DNA of 63,449 nucleotides, the filler included, from Globobulimina sp. (taxonomy: Eukaryota): assembly GCA_003354225.1 (NCBI GenBank). It is 30 parts of 30 records of this genome, joined end to end, with 100 filler letters (N's around TTAATTAATTAA, not from the genome) between each part and the next. Parts side by side here need not be neighbours in the genome. Positions count along the whole stretch, not along the records: positions 50,845 to 52,862 come from PIVH01009714.1; positions 52,963 to 54,980 come from PIVH01009715.1; positions 55,081 to 57,098 come from PIVH01009716.1; positions 57,199 to 59,215 come from PIVH01009717.1; positions 59,316 to 61,332 come from PIVH01009718.1; positions 61,433 to 63,449 come from PIVH01009719.1; 24 more parts are not named here. One strand, written 5' to 3'. Of the stretch, positions 50,845 to 63,308 are shown in pieces (the stretch's first letter is position 1; the number at the start of each line of letters is the position of its first letter). Below the pieces are notes generated by a model. That model did no database searches. It was not told the origin of the DNA and saw only the letters and a list, made by a program, of their open reading frames with translations. The position numbers and the translations under genes were made by a program.

Positions 50845-52862
50845 CTTATAGTATCCTTACAACTGCTTCTCTTTTTATTTGTATTTCTGTCTCTTCTCCT
50901 ATTTCGCGATCTTGATCTTGATCTACTTTGCTTTCTATGCTTTGATCCACTCCGTTCTCTATATCTATGTCTATCCCTATCACTCTTTTTATTCCTATCT
51001 CTATCGATATCCAATTGCAAATCTCTGCTCTCACTCTCCTCCGGTTTAATATATGCCAAATTTAAAAACCTAGAGACATCCTCAATTGATGTATGCTTCT
51101 CTGAATCTATCAGTTCCTGATAGGTTTGTGCCCATTTATCACTCCATTTTATCGGTGACGGTATCGAACAAGCCTTTACATACAAATTACACTCATATTT
51201 ATCACTTTATATTATATAATCACTTAACACCGAGGGGCATACCGTACGGAAAACAGTACAACAAATCTAATAAAAACTGACAACATTCCATAATTTTATC
51301 ATTCTCTCGAAATTGTAACTCATCCACGACAAATATAACACGCAAAGGGTGGTGGTCTCCCTTCGCAATATACACATCCAACTTCACCGCATGCACCACA
51401 TCAAACGGTACAATATATGTATTTGCATTGATATTCATCTTTTCTTCTGCATAAAACTTATCATTTATTCGTTTCTGTACTACCACAATCTCCATTTTTG
51501 GCCTCCATTTTTCCAACACGTTGCGATCAAAATATTTAAACAATTTCTCCTCGTTTTTAACCTCTTCGATCGCCTCTTTTATGCCCACAATCTCCGTATT
51601 ATTGAATTTCGTAAATTGAGACTCGGCGATTCCATCTCGAAAATACCAGATCACCGCTGGCAAATCTTTAGTTTTTAGCAACTGAGATATTAACACATTT
51701 TTCACCATCGCTTTGCTTAATAGTTTGGATGGTTGTTCCTGTCCTTTATTTAACAATGCGACGCAGCCATGAATTCTATTCTGTTTTGGTACGTAATATT
51801 TTCGAATAGCAGTCATCACACCGATGCTCGGCCGGTTTACACTGCGATTGGTACAATGATTGACATCAAATCCCAGTAATAAGTTATTATGATATTCGTG
51901 CGATGATTTTATGCCATATAAAGACTCTCCGATTTTAAACATGACACAATCCATACAACCAAACACTTTGATGGCTGAAAACACAGTGGTTTGTCGAATA
52001 AATTGTGATTTTATGCCATATTGCTTGAACTGTGCATGTAACCTTCGCTTCTCGCCCGAACCATCTTCATTTCCACGGATTATACACACCACAATACGGC
52101 GATCATCACTTCCAAGCTTATTATCCACACCAAATAGCTCATTCTCGTCATGCAATACAGTTATATTTCGCTCGAAAAACCTCTCAAATCGTCGTTTATT
52201 TATATATTTACAAATATGTTCTTGCAATTTATGATTACTGCGATGCTCTTCGCCATAAATATAAATCCGCCATTGTTTATACACTTTCTTGCGATTAGTT
52301 ATTTTCGACTCAATAGTTCCAGATAAAAATCGCCATGATTTCATACCTTCCCTCATGTTCATGATCTCATTCTTGCCATTTATATTCATCTCAATTCTCG
52401 GGTCAGATAATATAAATCCGAGCGTATTTATCGGTTTCTTATCTATTTTAAATATTATTTCTCCACTCGACGACACTGACAATCTGTCCACTAATTCTGC
52501 TCTACGCGCGATTCGTTCACGTATCATACCGTTCAATTTCTTGCCCATTGACTTGGCTCTTTCAGATTTATTGTCAATTATTACTCGTAAAAACTGCGGT
52601 AAATAACGATTGTTTTTCTTATCGATGATCAATCCATATTTCTCTGCTTTGATATCATGCGCTTTCATATTATACCGTTTACAGATGTAATCTCGATATG
52701 ATATTTGTATCCCATTTTGCTCAAATCCATCCCTCTCGTCCTGCTGTGTATCAATTGCATGGATTTCAACCACGGCCATGCTGTACATCACCATTGCTTT
52801 GGCGCCAATAAGTGAGTTATTGTTATCGCCGCCTTTCTTATACTTCAAATGGTGGCGGACTG
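50845..52862 (-). CDS. Divergent PIWI/Argonaute protein (PAZ-MID-PIWI) with RS/RD-rich C-terminal extension; both ends truncated
   Basis: PAZ ISYRDYICKRYN...YLPQFL; MID IKSQFI...FKIG; PIWI GFDVNH, GQE, YFRDGIAESQF, VVVQKRIN; 55-nt intron 51174-51228 gives MPLG/ACSIPSPIKWSDKWA. Confidence 0.9.
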
Positions 52863-52962
52863 NNNNNNNNNNNNNNNNNNNNNNNNNNNNNNNNNNNNNN
52901 NNNNNNTTAATTAATTAANNNNNNNNNNNNNNNNNNNNNNNNNNNNNNNNNNNNNNNNNNNN

Positions 52963-53520
52963 TATTGCAAAGAAGTTACAATCAATCGAAGTTTTGATAT
53001 ATTTTTTTAAATTTGGGAGTGATGGGATTTTGCATTTTATTGGACGTATCCATTCATTGATGGCTGATGTTGATTTGGTTTTGAAAGAACCATTTCGGAT
53101 TATACGGAATTTTGTGTATTTGCCTTGTCCATCTTTTTTAGGTGCACAGAATATCATTACTATATATTTAGGTTTGCCTAAGAATGGTTCAATTTGGCCA
53201 TTTTTGGCTTCATCAATCATTTTATCTAAAATTGCTAATGTTTCTTGTGGGGTATTTGCGATATTTGATATTTTTGTTGAGAGATTTTGTGTTTCTGTGT
53301 TATTTTGATTGTTTGCTCTTAATTGTGTTTTTAGCCAAAGTGGGAAACCGACTTTGATCCATTTTATGTCAGATTTTCCTTTTGGTTTATTTTTTAAATA
53401 CTGTTCAAATGCTGGAATATTTAATTGGTTGACGTATTTTGAGGGTTGGTTATGAAGATTTGTTAGATGGTCAAGTCTTTGTTTTAATTGTGCGGCAAAT
53501 ATTTTGTCATATTCTGTATA
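52963..53520 (-). mobile_element. DIRS/Ngaro-type retrotransposon RT, N-terminal part (inverted)
   Basis: LNIPAFEQYL...VGFPL...DEAKNGQIEPF...PKKDG..KFRIIRNGS....AINEWI, the Ngaro RT pre-motif and motifs 1-2. Confidence 0.75.
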
Positions 53521-53619
53521 TTATTTGGAATTAAAACACAAAAACTTCTTTGTTTTAAATGTAGTGTGTAGGCAATGGCAATGGTTGGAGTTTGTGTGGT
53601 TATGTTTGCTGAATACACT

Positions 53620-54797
53620 ATAGTTACTTTTGCTTATTTAAAGTTATTGGTATTGTAGAAGGACGACTATAGGAAATGGAAGAAAGATTTGATTTATTAA
53701 TGAAGGAACTTAATGTCCAAGTTTCCTTAAAAGAATCCGGATTCATACGCACCTGCCAACAATCAGTATTATATGGCATCCTTTTTGATTTAAAACATAA
53801 AACCATTGGAATTCCGCCAATCAAATATAAAAACTTTAAACAATTATTATTTTATACCATGAAATATCGAGTCATCACAGGAGCGGCCTTAGAATCCCTA
53901 TGTGGAACAATAATGCATTGGGCACAATTAAAACAACCAACAAAAGCATTATGTTGGAATTTATTACAATTCATATATGAGAATATTCGCTCCGGCAAAT
54001 ACCCAAAAAACCACCATTTTATCCTACCGTTATCCATTATTAATGACTTACAATATTGGTATTATTTTGCTGACCAAATATTACATGTCCCAATGACCGA
54101 AATACTACGAACATTCAATACTGATATCTCTGCCACAACAGATGCCTCCTCAACGCAAGCAGGATATGTAATTGGTGGCTATTGGTCTTCGTATCATTTC
54201 AATGAATTACATACAAACAATTGGCACATAAATCAAAAAGAAGCCCACGTCATACTTTCGGCCCTATATACTTTCAGATATTATTTATCTGGAAAGAAAA
54301 TCCATTTATTTGTTGATAATATGTCATGCTTTTATGCAGTCAAAAATAAATGGTCATCATCTTTTAATTTAATGCTATTTGTCTATGAATTATGTTTTTT
54401 AATGTTGGAATACAAATTTATTGTGTGGATTGACTGGATTTCAACCACAACCAATGGACCATCAGATGCACTTTCTCGTGATAATATGATCAAATTCTGG
54501 GAAATAGTCAGAGATTATAATCTCAATATGTCAAAAACACAAACAAAAACAATATATTATACCAACTTTAAATTTATGAATAATCAAATATCAACATCGA
54601 AAAATCCAGTATTGGATCAAGAATATGAGTTAATAGAATACAACAAATTCATTTCTTATCTACAAATTCCATTACAAATCAGAGCCAATATCGCTTATCC
54701 AAACTATTGCCATTCTTCAAAGTTCTTTGTCCTTGTTTCTATACAGATTGGTACAGAAAACGTTTTGCTGACACACACCCACTTTCGCACAAAATAG
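53620..54797 (+). mobile_element. DIRS/Ngaro-type retrotransposon RT C-terminus + RNase H (degraded)
   Basis: YGILFD, LESLCG, TDAS, HINQKE, L.GK.I.LFVDN, WIST..N..SDALSR; the expected YxDD region at ~53635 is disrupted and followed by a TAG. Confidence 0.88.
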
Positions 54798-55080
54798 TGC
54801 AACATCGCACCACAAACTATGTGCATCGGCATGTCAAACGTGGGACTTTGTACAACATAGCACAACTTCGAACAACATCACACAACAACAGCCGATACCA
54901 GACAATATTTTCTGGTCTATTAAATCGGTGCGTTATAGCACGATAACACACAATCATCGCATGACATCGTAAGGTATCCTNNNNNNNNNNNNNNNNNNNN
55001 NNNNNNNNNNNNNNNNNNNNNNNNTTAATTAATTAANNNNNNNNNNNNNNNNNNNNNNNNNNNNNNNNNNNNNNNNNNNN

Positions 55081-57098
55081 TCATATTTCTTAATGTATTT
55101 ATGATGCAACATCACCACGGCGGGATATAACGTGATCACTAAGACATAATCCATCATTACAACGCATGCTGCCCAAATCTATCAATATCAAGTTTATTAA
55201 ATACAATTAATAGCGATGTAAAATTGGGTTAGAAATGGATACGTAACTCCAAAAGCACTCATATTCACCAAAATGGACATTGCTGTTGCCAGAAATGCAA
55301 AAACTAAATAGTTTCGACGAGATATAGACAGACGTATTAGTGAAGAAAATATGTTATCAAAGGATATAGGCACTTAACATGTCGTGACTTGGGTGACAAA
55401 CATAGCAGTCGCTGCTCTGCGATATGCGAAGCTCATCCTTTTGATATTTTTTTGTTCGTTGCCAGTATCACAGCCACAACAATTTTTTGTCATTTCCTTC
55501 TCATCAAAAGGTAACGCAGTGTCCGTTGGCACGAATAAAATACTTTGATTCCACTGTATATAACATAGGTTGACATTTATCACAATGTGAAATTTTTACT
55601 TAACAGCATCTGTGAACACAAATACATCCTATATATTACAAATAATATTTCAGAATTTGCACCAAAAAACAAAAATATATATACACGTAACATCAGCGCC
55701 GACGCCAAGCAACACGAACACGACCAACATTGACAAAACATCAAAAATAGGCACTTGGAATATCACTCTGTACACGAAAAAAGCGCATGGGAACGACATT
55801 AATATCCCAAACATAGCGCCGCATGATAAAAATAAGGATTTTAAGTGATACGTCATATAGCCCCACACAGACAACACGGCCAAGAATAAGAAAAGAAGCG
55901 AGTTCGTCAAGGCAGTGAATAAATAATTACCGTGAATAGCTTGGCTATAAACTTGAATCTTTAACCCATCCTCAACCAATGCTGCGTCGTTATTGATGAT
56001 AATATCTGTATATAACGGAAATCCCCACTCATAATAATCGCCCATTTGCCCCGTAATCTCATATTGGTCAGCCTCTGCATTGTCGTAATCCGACAGATGT
56101 ATTCTAGTGTTATTCTCCCATTCGAACTGCATAGATTCGCAAAGTACAAGTGCTTGTTTGTAAATGTACAGTTTGTCAATGCAAATACCTGTCCATTGCC
56201 AACCGGCGCCCCAGCTCTGAAAAACGATCGATATATCCAGGACTGACCAGTTTCGACGAAACCAGGATTGAAACAATACGCATATGGCAGTAAAAACGTC
56301 ATTGTATAATTCTTAGCATCTTCCGTTGTAAATGATTTATAATCGTAATCAAAAAAATCAGCTATCATTCTTGCTGGGGATATGACGGCGTCTAAGACGC
56401 CGAGGGAGCCTGAATTAAATTGACATGTATAATTTGTCTCCATTGGGTCCTCGCCCACCTAAACAAGTAGAATAACATAAATATATGTACGTATATGGCA
56501 ATGCAACATACCCAACAAAAGCGGTCGTGCCATTCTCGATCTTTATAGATTTTATCTTCAAATTGTACGATTTTCTCTATATTTTGTGGCGTCAAGATCC
56601 AATAATCCGTATTGTCCGGGTTATCAATGTCTAAATCATTGTTATAATCATCCAATTCGAAAATAAAGAAATATTGCCAGAACATTACATCTTCGGATTG
56701 GGTGATCACATTTATTTCTTCTGCTTCGTCATAGACTACAAACTCTGCGGCCAAGCTATAACCATCAAAATCATTGACATGTTTAGCGGGTGGGTCTAGG
56801 AAATGGCAAATTTGGCGCTATGACGGGTCAAAGTTGGGAGCAGGGCATATTTTGTGATGACAAACCTGGGAAACTTGTGCGTGAATTTGTTAATGTTAAT
56901 TCAAACACAGCGCCAAATATAACGGATAATATTAATATGAATACTAATATAATGCAGCATAATAAACAGGGACAGCGAACGATAAAACGCGCGAATGCGA
57001 ATTCTTTCAATAGATGATCTTCTGCATTGGCGGTTGCTACAGCTAACATTTCCTGGGATTTGGTTTTTTCGAGTTTGGCGGTTGTTTCTGCGTCCAGC
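55081..57098 (-). CDS. Dispatched/Patched-like sterol-sensing RND membrane protein (multi-exon, partial)
   Basis: TM1 followed by a luminal loop; SSD segment FVLLGVGAD(D), RMSFAYRRAATAMFVT, then further TM exons. Confidence 0.85.
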
Positions 57099-57422
57099 NN
57101 NNNNNNNNNNNNNNNNNNNNNNNNNNNNNNNNNNNNNNNNNNTTAATTAATTAANNNNNNNNNNNNNNNNNNNNNNNNNNNNNNNNNNNNNNNNNNNNGC
57201 GAATAAAAAAAAACAATAAAAACACACACAACAACAGAAAAAAAAGAAGAAGAGGAACCTAATACTAATCAATTTAATTAATATCATATACATTGATTTT
57301 ATAATACACATACATTCATTCTATAATACACATTTTCCAATTAATAATATTTATATTTATCAGCAAAAAAATAATTATTTTATGACTGTAATTATAAACA
57401 TTATAATCAAATAATAAACGAA

Positions 57423-59215
57423 TCAGTCAATATGTTCATCATCCTCTTGTATTGGCGTTGGGAGTTTGGATTCAGTCTCCATTCTCTGATCATGGTCAGA
57501 CTCCGTATCCGTTTTATTTTCTTCGTCATAATCTTCGCCAACTTCATGTCGCGATAACTGAGGCTGTATAGAAGGGATAGATGCCGTTACCGATACGTCT
57601 GAATTGCCACCAATCGATTTATACAAAACGATGGATTTTTCTTGCTTTGAGCCCCCATCATATTCTTCAGATCGCTCCCTTTTTTTGCCATGCGCATTTG
57701 GCGCGTTTTTTTTATTTAACAACCACGCGTTTCCAGACGTTTTCAAACTCTTTGTATACCCTTTTAAGAATGCGATTCGTTGCTCAAACAACGCATTTTG
57801 TTCACTTTCTGACTTATGCTCGAAATAATGGTGTACTCTCTCCACCGCTTCTTCTAAATTCTCTTCATTCAATTCATGCGTAGTGATAACGCCGACAATC
57901 TCTCTCTTATTGCCAATCACCACCAAATGCCGCAAGCCGATGCCGCGAAATAGATTATACAGCGTCAAAACGGGCGTATTCCTATGCACCGCAGTGGGCG
58001 ATAACGACATATACGGCGTAAAATCGATGTATCTCAGCGACAATTCGGATTCAGGCAGCCCAAATTCGGCCGCAAATATAGTCTTTTTATTCTTCCACGA
58101 TCGCTCCGTCAAATCGGACCGTTTCAAAATGCCTGGCGTATAATGCTTGAATGTGGGGTCATTTCGTTCGGAAAAACAGCCGCGATGCAACATGATGTAA
58201 ATATGCCATCGCAGCACAATGCCGATATAATTGCCTTCCTTTTGGTCCCAGCCTTGATCCGCCAGCCATTTCACAGACTTCTTTCGCATATCCACCACGG
58301 GGAACGCTTGGTGATGGTTCTGTGGATTGTTCAATATGTCCAGCAATGATTGCAAGTCAATCACCGATGGCAGGGTCACGATGTCCGGGCGCATTATGTC
58401 CTGCGCACAGATATAAGACGGCACAAACGCCGATATCTTGGGCTCCAAATACGGGATGTCCTTCAACCTCACATGCGCGTCGTACAAGGCGTCGTTGAAG
58501 AAGTCGCCGATCCATTTGCTCACCATTATGGTGATCATAATGGGCATCAAGAAGTAGATATCGTTGGTGATCTCCATCACGATGGCCGTCAGAGATATGG
58601 TCATTCGAGTACTGCCGCCCAAGACGGCCGAGGCGCCGATCAAACTGTACGTGCCCACATCGAAATCGTCGCCAAAGATGGAGTTCCAATACGCGCCCAT
58701 CACGTGGCCCACATTGCTGCCAATCAATATCAATGGGACGAACAGCCCCGACGGGATGCTCAATCCGTACGTGATCACAGCTAATACGAAATAGACCGCA
58801 GCCGCGGCCCACAAGGCCAGGTTGTCCCAGCACGTGGAGTCAAACATAAATAGGCCTTTGATCACGTCTTCGCTGCTTTGCAGCAACAACGACGACAATG
58901 GGTTATAGTGGCCCTCGGCGCAAGTGTACCGCCCAGAATCTCCAGTCGCCACACCATAGCACGTCGTGTTGGCGTTCATGTGGACTTTATTGAGGCCAAA
59001 GGGCGCCACGTTGCTATGTGGAGTTATATTTTGTGCTTTGGGCACGGGCTTACACTGGAAAAGCAACGGAGTGCCGATGAGCAAAGTGGTGGTGAACACA
59101 GCCATGAACAACACTTCCCATAACCGCAGAATCGGCTTTTTCAGGTATTTCTTGCGCAAAATGCAGATTTGCACAAAACCACATGCTTTGGTACATCACA
59201 GATGGCCCCACAAGC
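57423..59215 (-). CDS. CLC chloride channel/transporter with CBS domains (CLC-6/7-like, 5' truncated)
   Basis: TYGLSIPSGLFVP, LGGSTRMTISLTAI..E.T, SKWIGD.FN..LYD, HQAFPVV, FRGIGLRHLVV. Confidence 0.95.
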
Positions 59216-59315
59216 NNNNNNNNNNNNNNNNNNNNNNNNNNNNNNNNNNNNNNNNNNNNTTAATTAATTAANNNNNNNNNNNNNNNNNNNNNNNNNNNNN
59301 NNNNNNNNNNNNNNN

Positions 59316-59837
59316 TGTGTCGCAACTTGAATTTAACTCAGATTTAATTATTGCAGCAATGGTATCGATGTCATTGTAATTATGTGAATTATGATTGTTT
59401 GCATTATTAATACTGTCGTTGTTGAAACAGCTGTTGTTATTAATACGATTTATAGCGTCTTGGAGCACAAATGCAATGGGTGGCAAATCGGGCAATGCGG
59501 GAATATTTACATTGATTGGACCGTTCGAATCATTCATTATAAAATTTGCTGCATTTGCTAATTGTGATGGAATTGTATGAATAGATGGCGGTACTCTTGA
59601 TATTGAATTTGATACAGATACAGATCCACCTCCAGATGTTTCACTATTTGTTAACGTTTTTGATGCATTAATTCTATCATTTATCTCATTCAATTTGTCG
59701 TAGAATTGGCGAGTGATATCTAATAATTTTGTGGTTTTCTCTTCTAATAATTTATTTATTTTCTGTTTGTATGTCCATTCCCATTGTTTTAATAACTCAT
59801 TATGTTCTCTTAGCAATTCTGCCCTTTGTTGTTGCAT
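59316..59837 (-). CDS. Hypothetical protein N-terminus (coiled coil + N/S-rich)
   Basis: ATG 59837, open to the contig edge. Confidence 0.5.
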
Positions 59838-60124
59838 TTTAAAAGACGGATTTTAAAGTTTAAGGAAATGTTTTTTTTTTGAAATTACAAATTACAAACT
59901 ACACTGATTTATAACTGTACAGATAACACTCAAAAAGATCACACAAATTACAAAATACAAGCCATTGAAAATGCACACAATGATAACAATCACACTAATT
60001 ATATGAAGACAAACTGTCACACTAAAAAACAAACAAACAAAACTCAAAACATTTGACCATTAGAGTACTATTACGAAGTACAGAAACCGTCAATTATTGT
60101 GCCAATTATAACAAAATCTAGTAT

Positions 60125-61332
60125 CTAGATATTGTAAAATGAATTAATAACTGGTTTATGACATTTACAAAAAATATTGTAAGCACATTGTGAATATTTA
60201 AATACCATCGTTACTGACACACAATTGCTCATTTGTAAGAATAAATACATGATATTAACAATATATGTATAGCTATTATTATTATGTTTCTTTGTAATTG
60301 CAATAAATAACATAAACACAACTAATATCGCGTGAGTAAAACAGACAACAAATATGATAATGACAGATTTCATGCCAACATCAAATATATTTTTTGCATA
60401 AATAATATTTCCGCCTGAATTAACTCTATATCTTTTTGTGAATTCTTTATAAGCGGAATAATGAATATTTTTACATGTGATTGCAAATAGAATTAAATAT
60501 AAACAATCACATGAACCGTAGATACAATAATTTATAATAAATCCATATTGTGAATCATTGATAATTGCTGCAATACTCCCAATCACAAATATAATACAAA
60601 GAAACAATAATATTATTTTCACGTTTCCGCAAACAACATATACATTCATTACATTGCCATTAGTATTACCATTTGAAAACAAACTTAAATTTATTACATG
60701 TTGACTCTTATTATAAATAACAAAAAATAGTAAATAAAAAAATAACCAAAATGTAGTAAATCGTGATAAGATGTTGAATAAATACGATGTATAATAAGTA
60801 TACATGGATATCGATTGATAGTTGATATAATAAATAGATATTAACTGCAATAAACACGAAATTATACAAAATATGAATATTAAAAAAAGAATAATTAAAA
60901 TGTATTTATCACCAATTTGTTGTTCATCATTAGCAACAACTTCAATACCATTATGACCAAATACTTTGGATAATTTTTGTGCTGTTTCTTTAAAATTAAT
61001 CAAAGAATCACGTTTTTTCATTGGAGTTTCGTCAACTTTTGTTTCTGAAATTTGTGTAATTGATATTGAATTTGAATTATTATTAATATTTATTTGAGGT
61101 TTAGTTTTTGAGCCAGCTGCAGACGATGGGGTTACTGTGGGCGATACTGTTGATATATAATTATCTCTTATTGTTGATGATGAATAAGAACTACATCTAT
61201 CACGATTGACTGTATCATTATTAACAGTGACTGATATATTGCTTGAGTTAGTATTACTACATATTTTGACATATTTGATACAAAATTGTGACCATAAAAA
61301 CCAGATCAAGATAATAAAACAAAAGCAAGTTC
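60125..61332 (-). CDS. Multi-pass (7TM-like) membrane protein, partial
   Basis: About seven hydrophobic helices after an S/N-rich loop; C-terminal YNIFCKCH. Confidence 0.6.
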
Positions 61333-61607
61333 NNNNNNNNNNNNNNNNNNNNNNNNNNNNNNNNNNNNNNNNNNNNTTAATTAATTAANNNNNNNNNNNN
61401 NNNNNNNNNNNNNNNNNNNNNNNNNNNNNNNNAACATCTACATGAAAACAATAAAATAAATGAAAATCTTTTACAAACATCAATGGCAACGTTGCCATAT
61501 GACTTTGTTGCGAAAGAAATTAATGATTTGTATTGGAAGAAAAAGACTGAGTATAAACTGAATTTGAGACAATGGTTTATAAAATATGCGGAATGGAATA
61601 AACATTA

Positions 61608-63308
61608 TCAAAAACAATGTGTTTCTGCAAAATTAAGGCAACAAATTGGAATTAATGTCAAAGTAAAATATAATCCGCCATTGAAACCGGTGTTGAATGT
61701 ATTGTTAAACAAGAAAGATATTCTAAAATGGATTAAGAAATTGCATGATGAGCATAAAAAAAAGCATTTATTGTCATGTTTGAACAAATAAAGCTTAACT
61801 TTTGTGTCAGTCTCAGAATCTGTGGTTGTAGCGATATTTATCGGTTTTTTTGTTTCAGTGTTATTAATCGAACATTCTCCGTTGGATTTAATGATAATCC
61901 ATTTATCATTTTCTTTTGATGATTTATACCAAATTTCGGAATTTGGAAATAATTTCCGTTGACTATCATCACTATAAAATATGGTTATTATTCCTTTGCA
62001 GTCGATACTTCTCCAAACAACAAATACATTGCTATTGTTATCAATATTATGCCATGAAACATCAATTGATTCTAATTCTGGTGGCTTTTCATCTTCATCT
62101 TCGACATCATGCTCTTCTTTTTCTTCTTTTTCTTCTTCATTTGTTGGCTCATTGTTTGGTGGTTCATCGGATTGGTTCGGTTGTTTTTGTTTTTGTATTT
62201 GATATTGTTTGAAAGCAGATTGATAAAACATTATTAATTCACCAGTTTTACAATGATATTCAACTGTTATTTCATTTGGTAATGATATATAAATAATATT
62301 ATCTTTACAATGTTGCCTTGCTTCATTTTCTACGTTTTCTGTGTCTACGTTTTCAGCATTTTCAACATTTTCTACATTTTCTACATTTTCTGTAGTATTA
62401 ATGATAGATTTTGATGTAAATGATAATTGAGCATTATCTGCAAAGTTTACACTAAAATTGACAGATTTTTGTCTGTGAATATTTTTTGAAATTGAAATGA
62501 CGCAATTTTCTCCATTTAATCCATTGTTTCGTAACCATAAATATGGTCTATTATTTATTGAATTTGCTTTGTTATCAAATGATGATATTCCCATAAACCA
62601 ATTATTATAAAAAGGTGGATATATTGATATGGTATTATTATATAAAAAATGTGATTGTTTTGCTTCATTTGATTCATAAAATGTATTTGGTTTAATATTT
62701 TTTAATTTTTGTGGTAATTTCATCCATTCTCTAAATCCAATATTTGACGATAAAAACACTGAAATATTTGACGCATTCATCATATCATTCTCATTATCCT
62801 TACAATACATTAATATCACCGCATCCATCCACGATAAATATTGTTGATTACATTTTATAAATGGATTATTATTTAAACTTTGAACTCGCTGAAATAATCC
62901 CATTTTATTTAAATCCTCACGAAAGACCCACTCATTACAACCAATTGGTAATTGTTTACAAATTAATGCATCATCAAATATCAACGGATTTAATTTAGAA
63001 AATGTATACCTGGCTATACGAGCATTGCTAGCCATTTGTTTAGAATATGGACCAAACAATGATTGAATAAAGCATTCACTGCATTCATTCAATATTTTCT
63101 GATTGGATTCCATCTGTTTTTTATCCACTTTGTTCAAATAATTATTCTGTGAAAATATATCACCATAACGATAAACACCGGCAGCTGGCTCTTGTTCTGG
63201 CTCTTCGTTTGCTTGCAATTGAGTTTCATTCGCATGTTCATCATTTGTTATTTGCTCAATCATTGAACATAAAATCGAAGATATATCTGGTGATTGTATA
63301 TTATTCAC
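61608..63308 (-). CDS. Hypothetical intronless protein with ENV repeats and acidic tract
   Basis: 566-aa ORF; no family recognised; its 3' end overlaps the plus-strand ORF 61483-61791. Confidence 0.55.
   Translation of the reverse strand: MNNIQSPDISSILCSMIEQITNDEHANETQLQANEEPEQEPAAGVYRYGDIFSQNNYLNKVDKKQMESNQKILNECSECFIQSLFGPYSKQMASNARIARYTFSKLNPLIFDDALICKQLPIGCNEWVFREDLNKMGLFQRVQSLNNNPFIKCNQQYLSWMDAVILMYCKDNENDMMNASNISVFLSSNIGFREWMKLPQKLKNIKPNTFYESNEAKQSHFLYNNTISIYPPFYNNWFMGISSFDNKANSINNRPYLWLRNNGLNGENCVISISKNIHRQKSVNFSVNFADNAQLSFTSKSIINTTENVENVENVENAENVDTENVENEARQHCKDNIIYISLPNEITVEYHCKTGELIMFYQSAFKQYQIQKQKQPNQSDEPPNNEPTNEEEKEEKEEHDVEDEDEKPPELESIDVSWHNIDNNSNVFVVWRSIDCKGIITIFYSDDSQRKLFPNSEIWYKSSKENDKWIIIKSNGECSINNTETKKPINIATTTDSETDTKVKLYLFKHDNKCFFLCSSCNFLIHFRISFLFNNTFNTGFNGGLYFTLTLIPICCLNFAETHCF

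Noticed and set aside
50845-52862. PIWI as a prokaryotic Argonaute from a contaminant because of DEDD
   Set aside because: It has a GT-AG intron and eukaryotic PIWI-type PAZ, GFDV.H and QKRIN motifs.
46609-54980. Apparent cluster of D5 helicase, DEAD-box helicase, PIWI and DIRS RT suggesting a defence or mobile island
   Set aside because: Each lies on a different contig, ordered only by length; no physical linkage can be inferred.
2021-61432. Regularly spaced TTAATTAATTAA motif that looks like a giant repeat or CRISPR-like array
   Set aside because: Always flanked by 44 Ns on each side; an artificial six-frame-stop linker between contigs.
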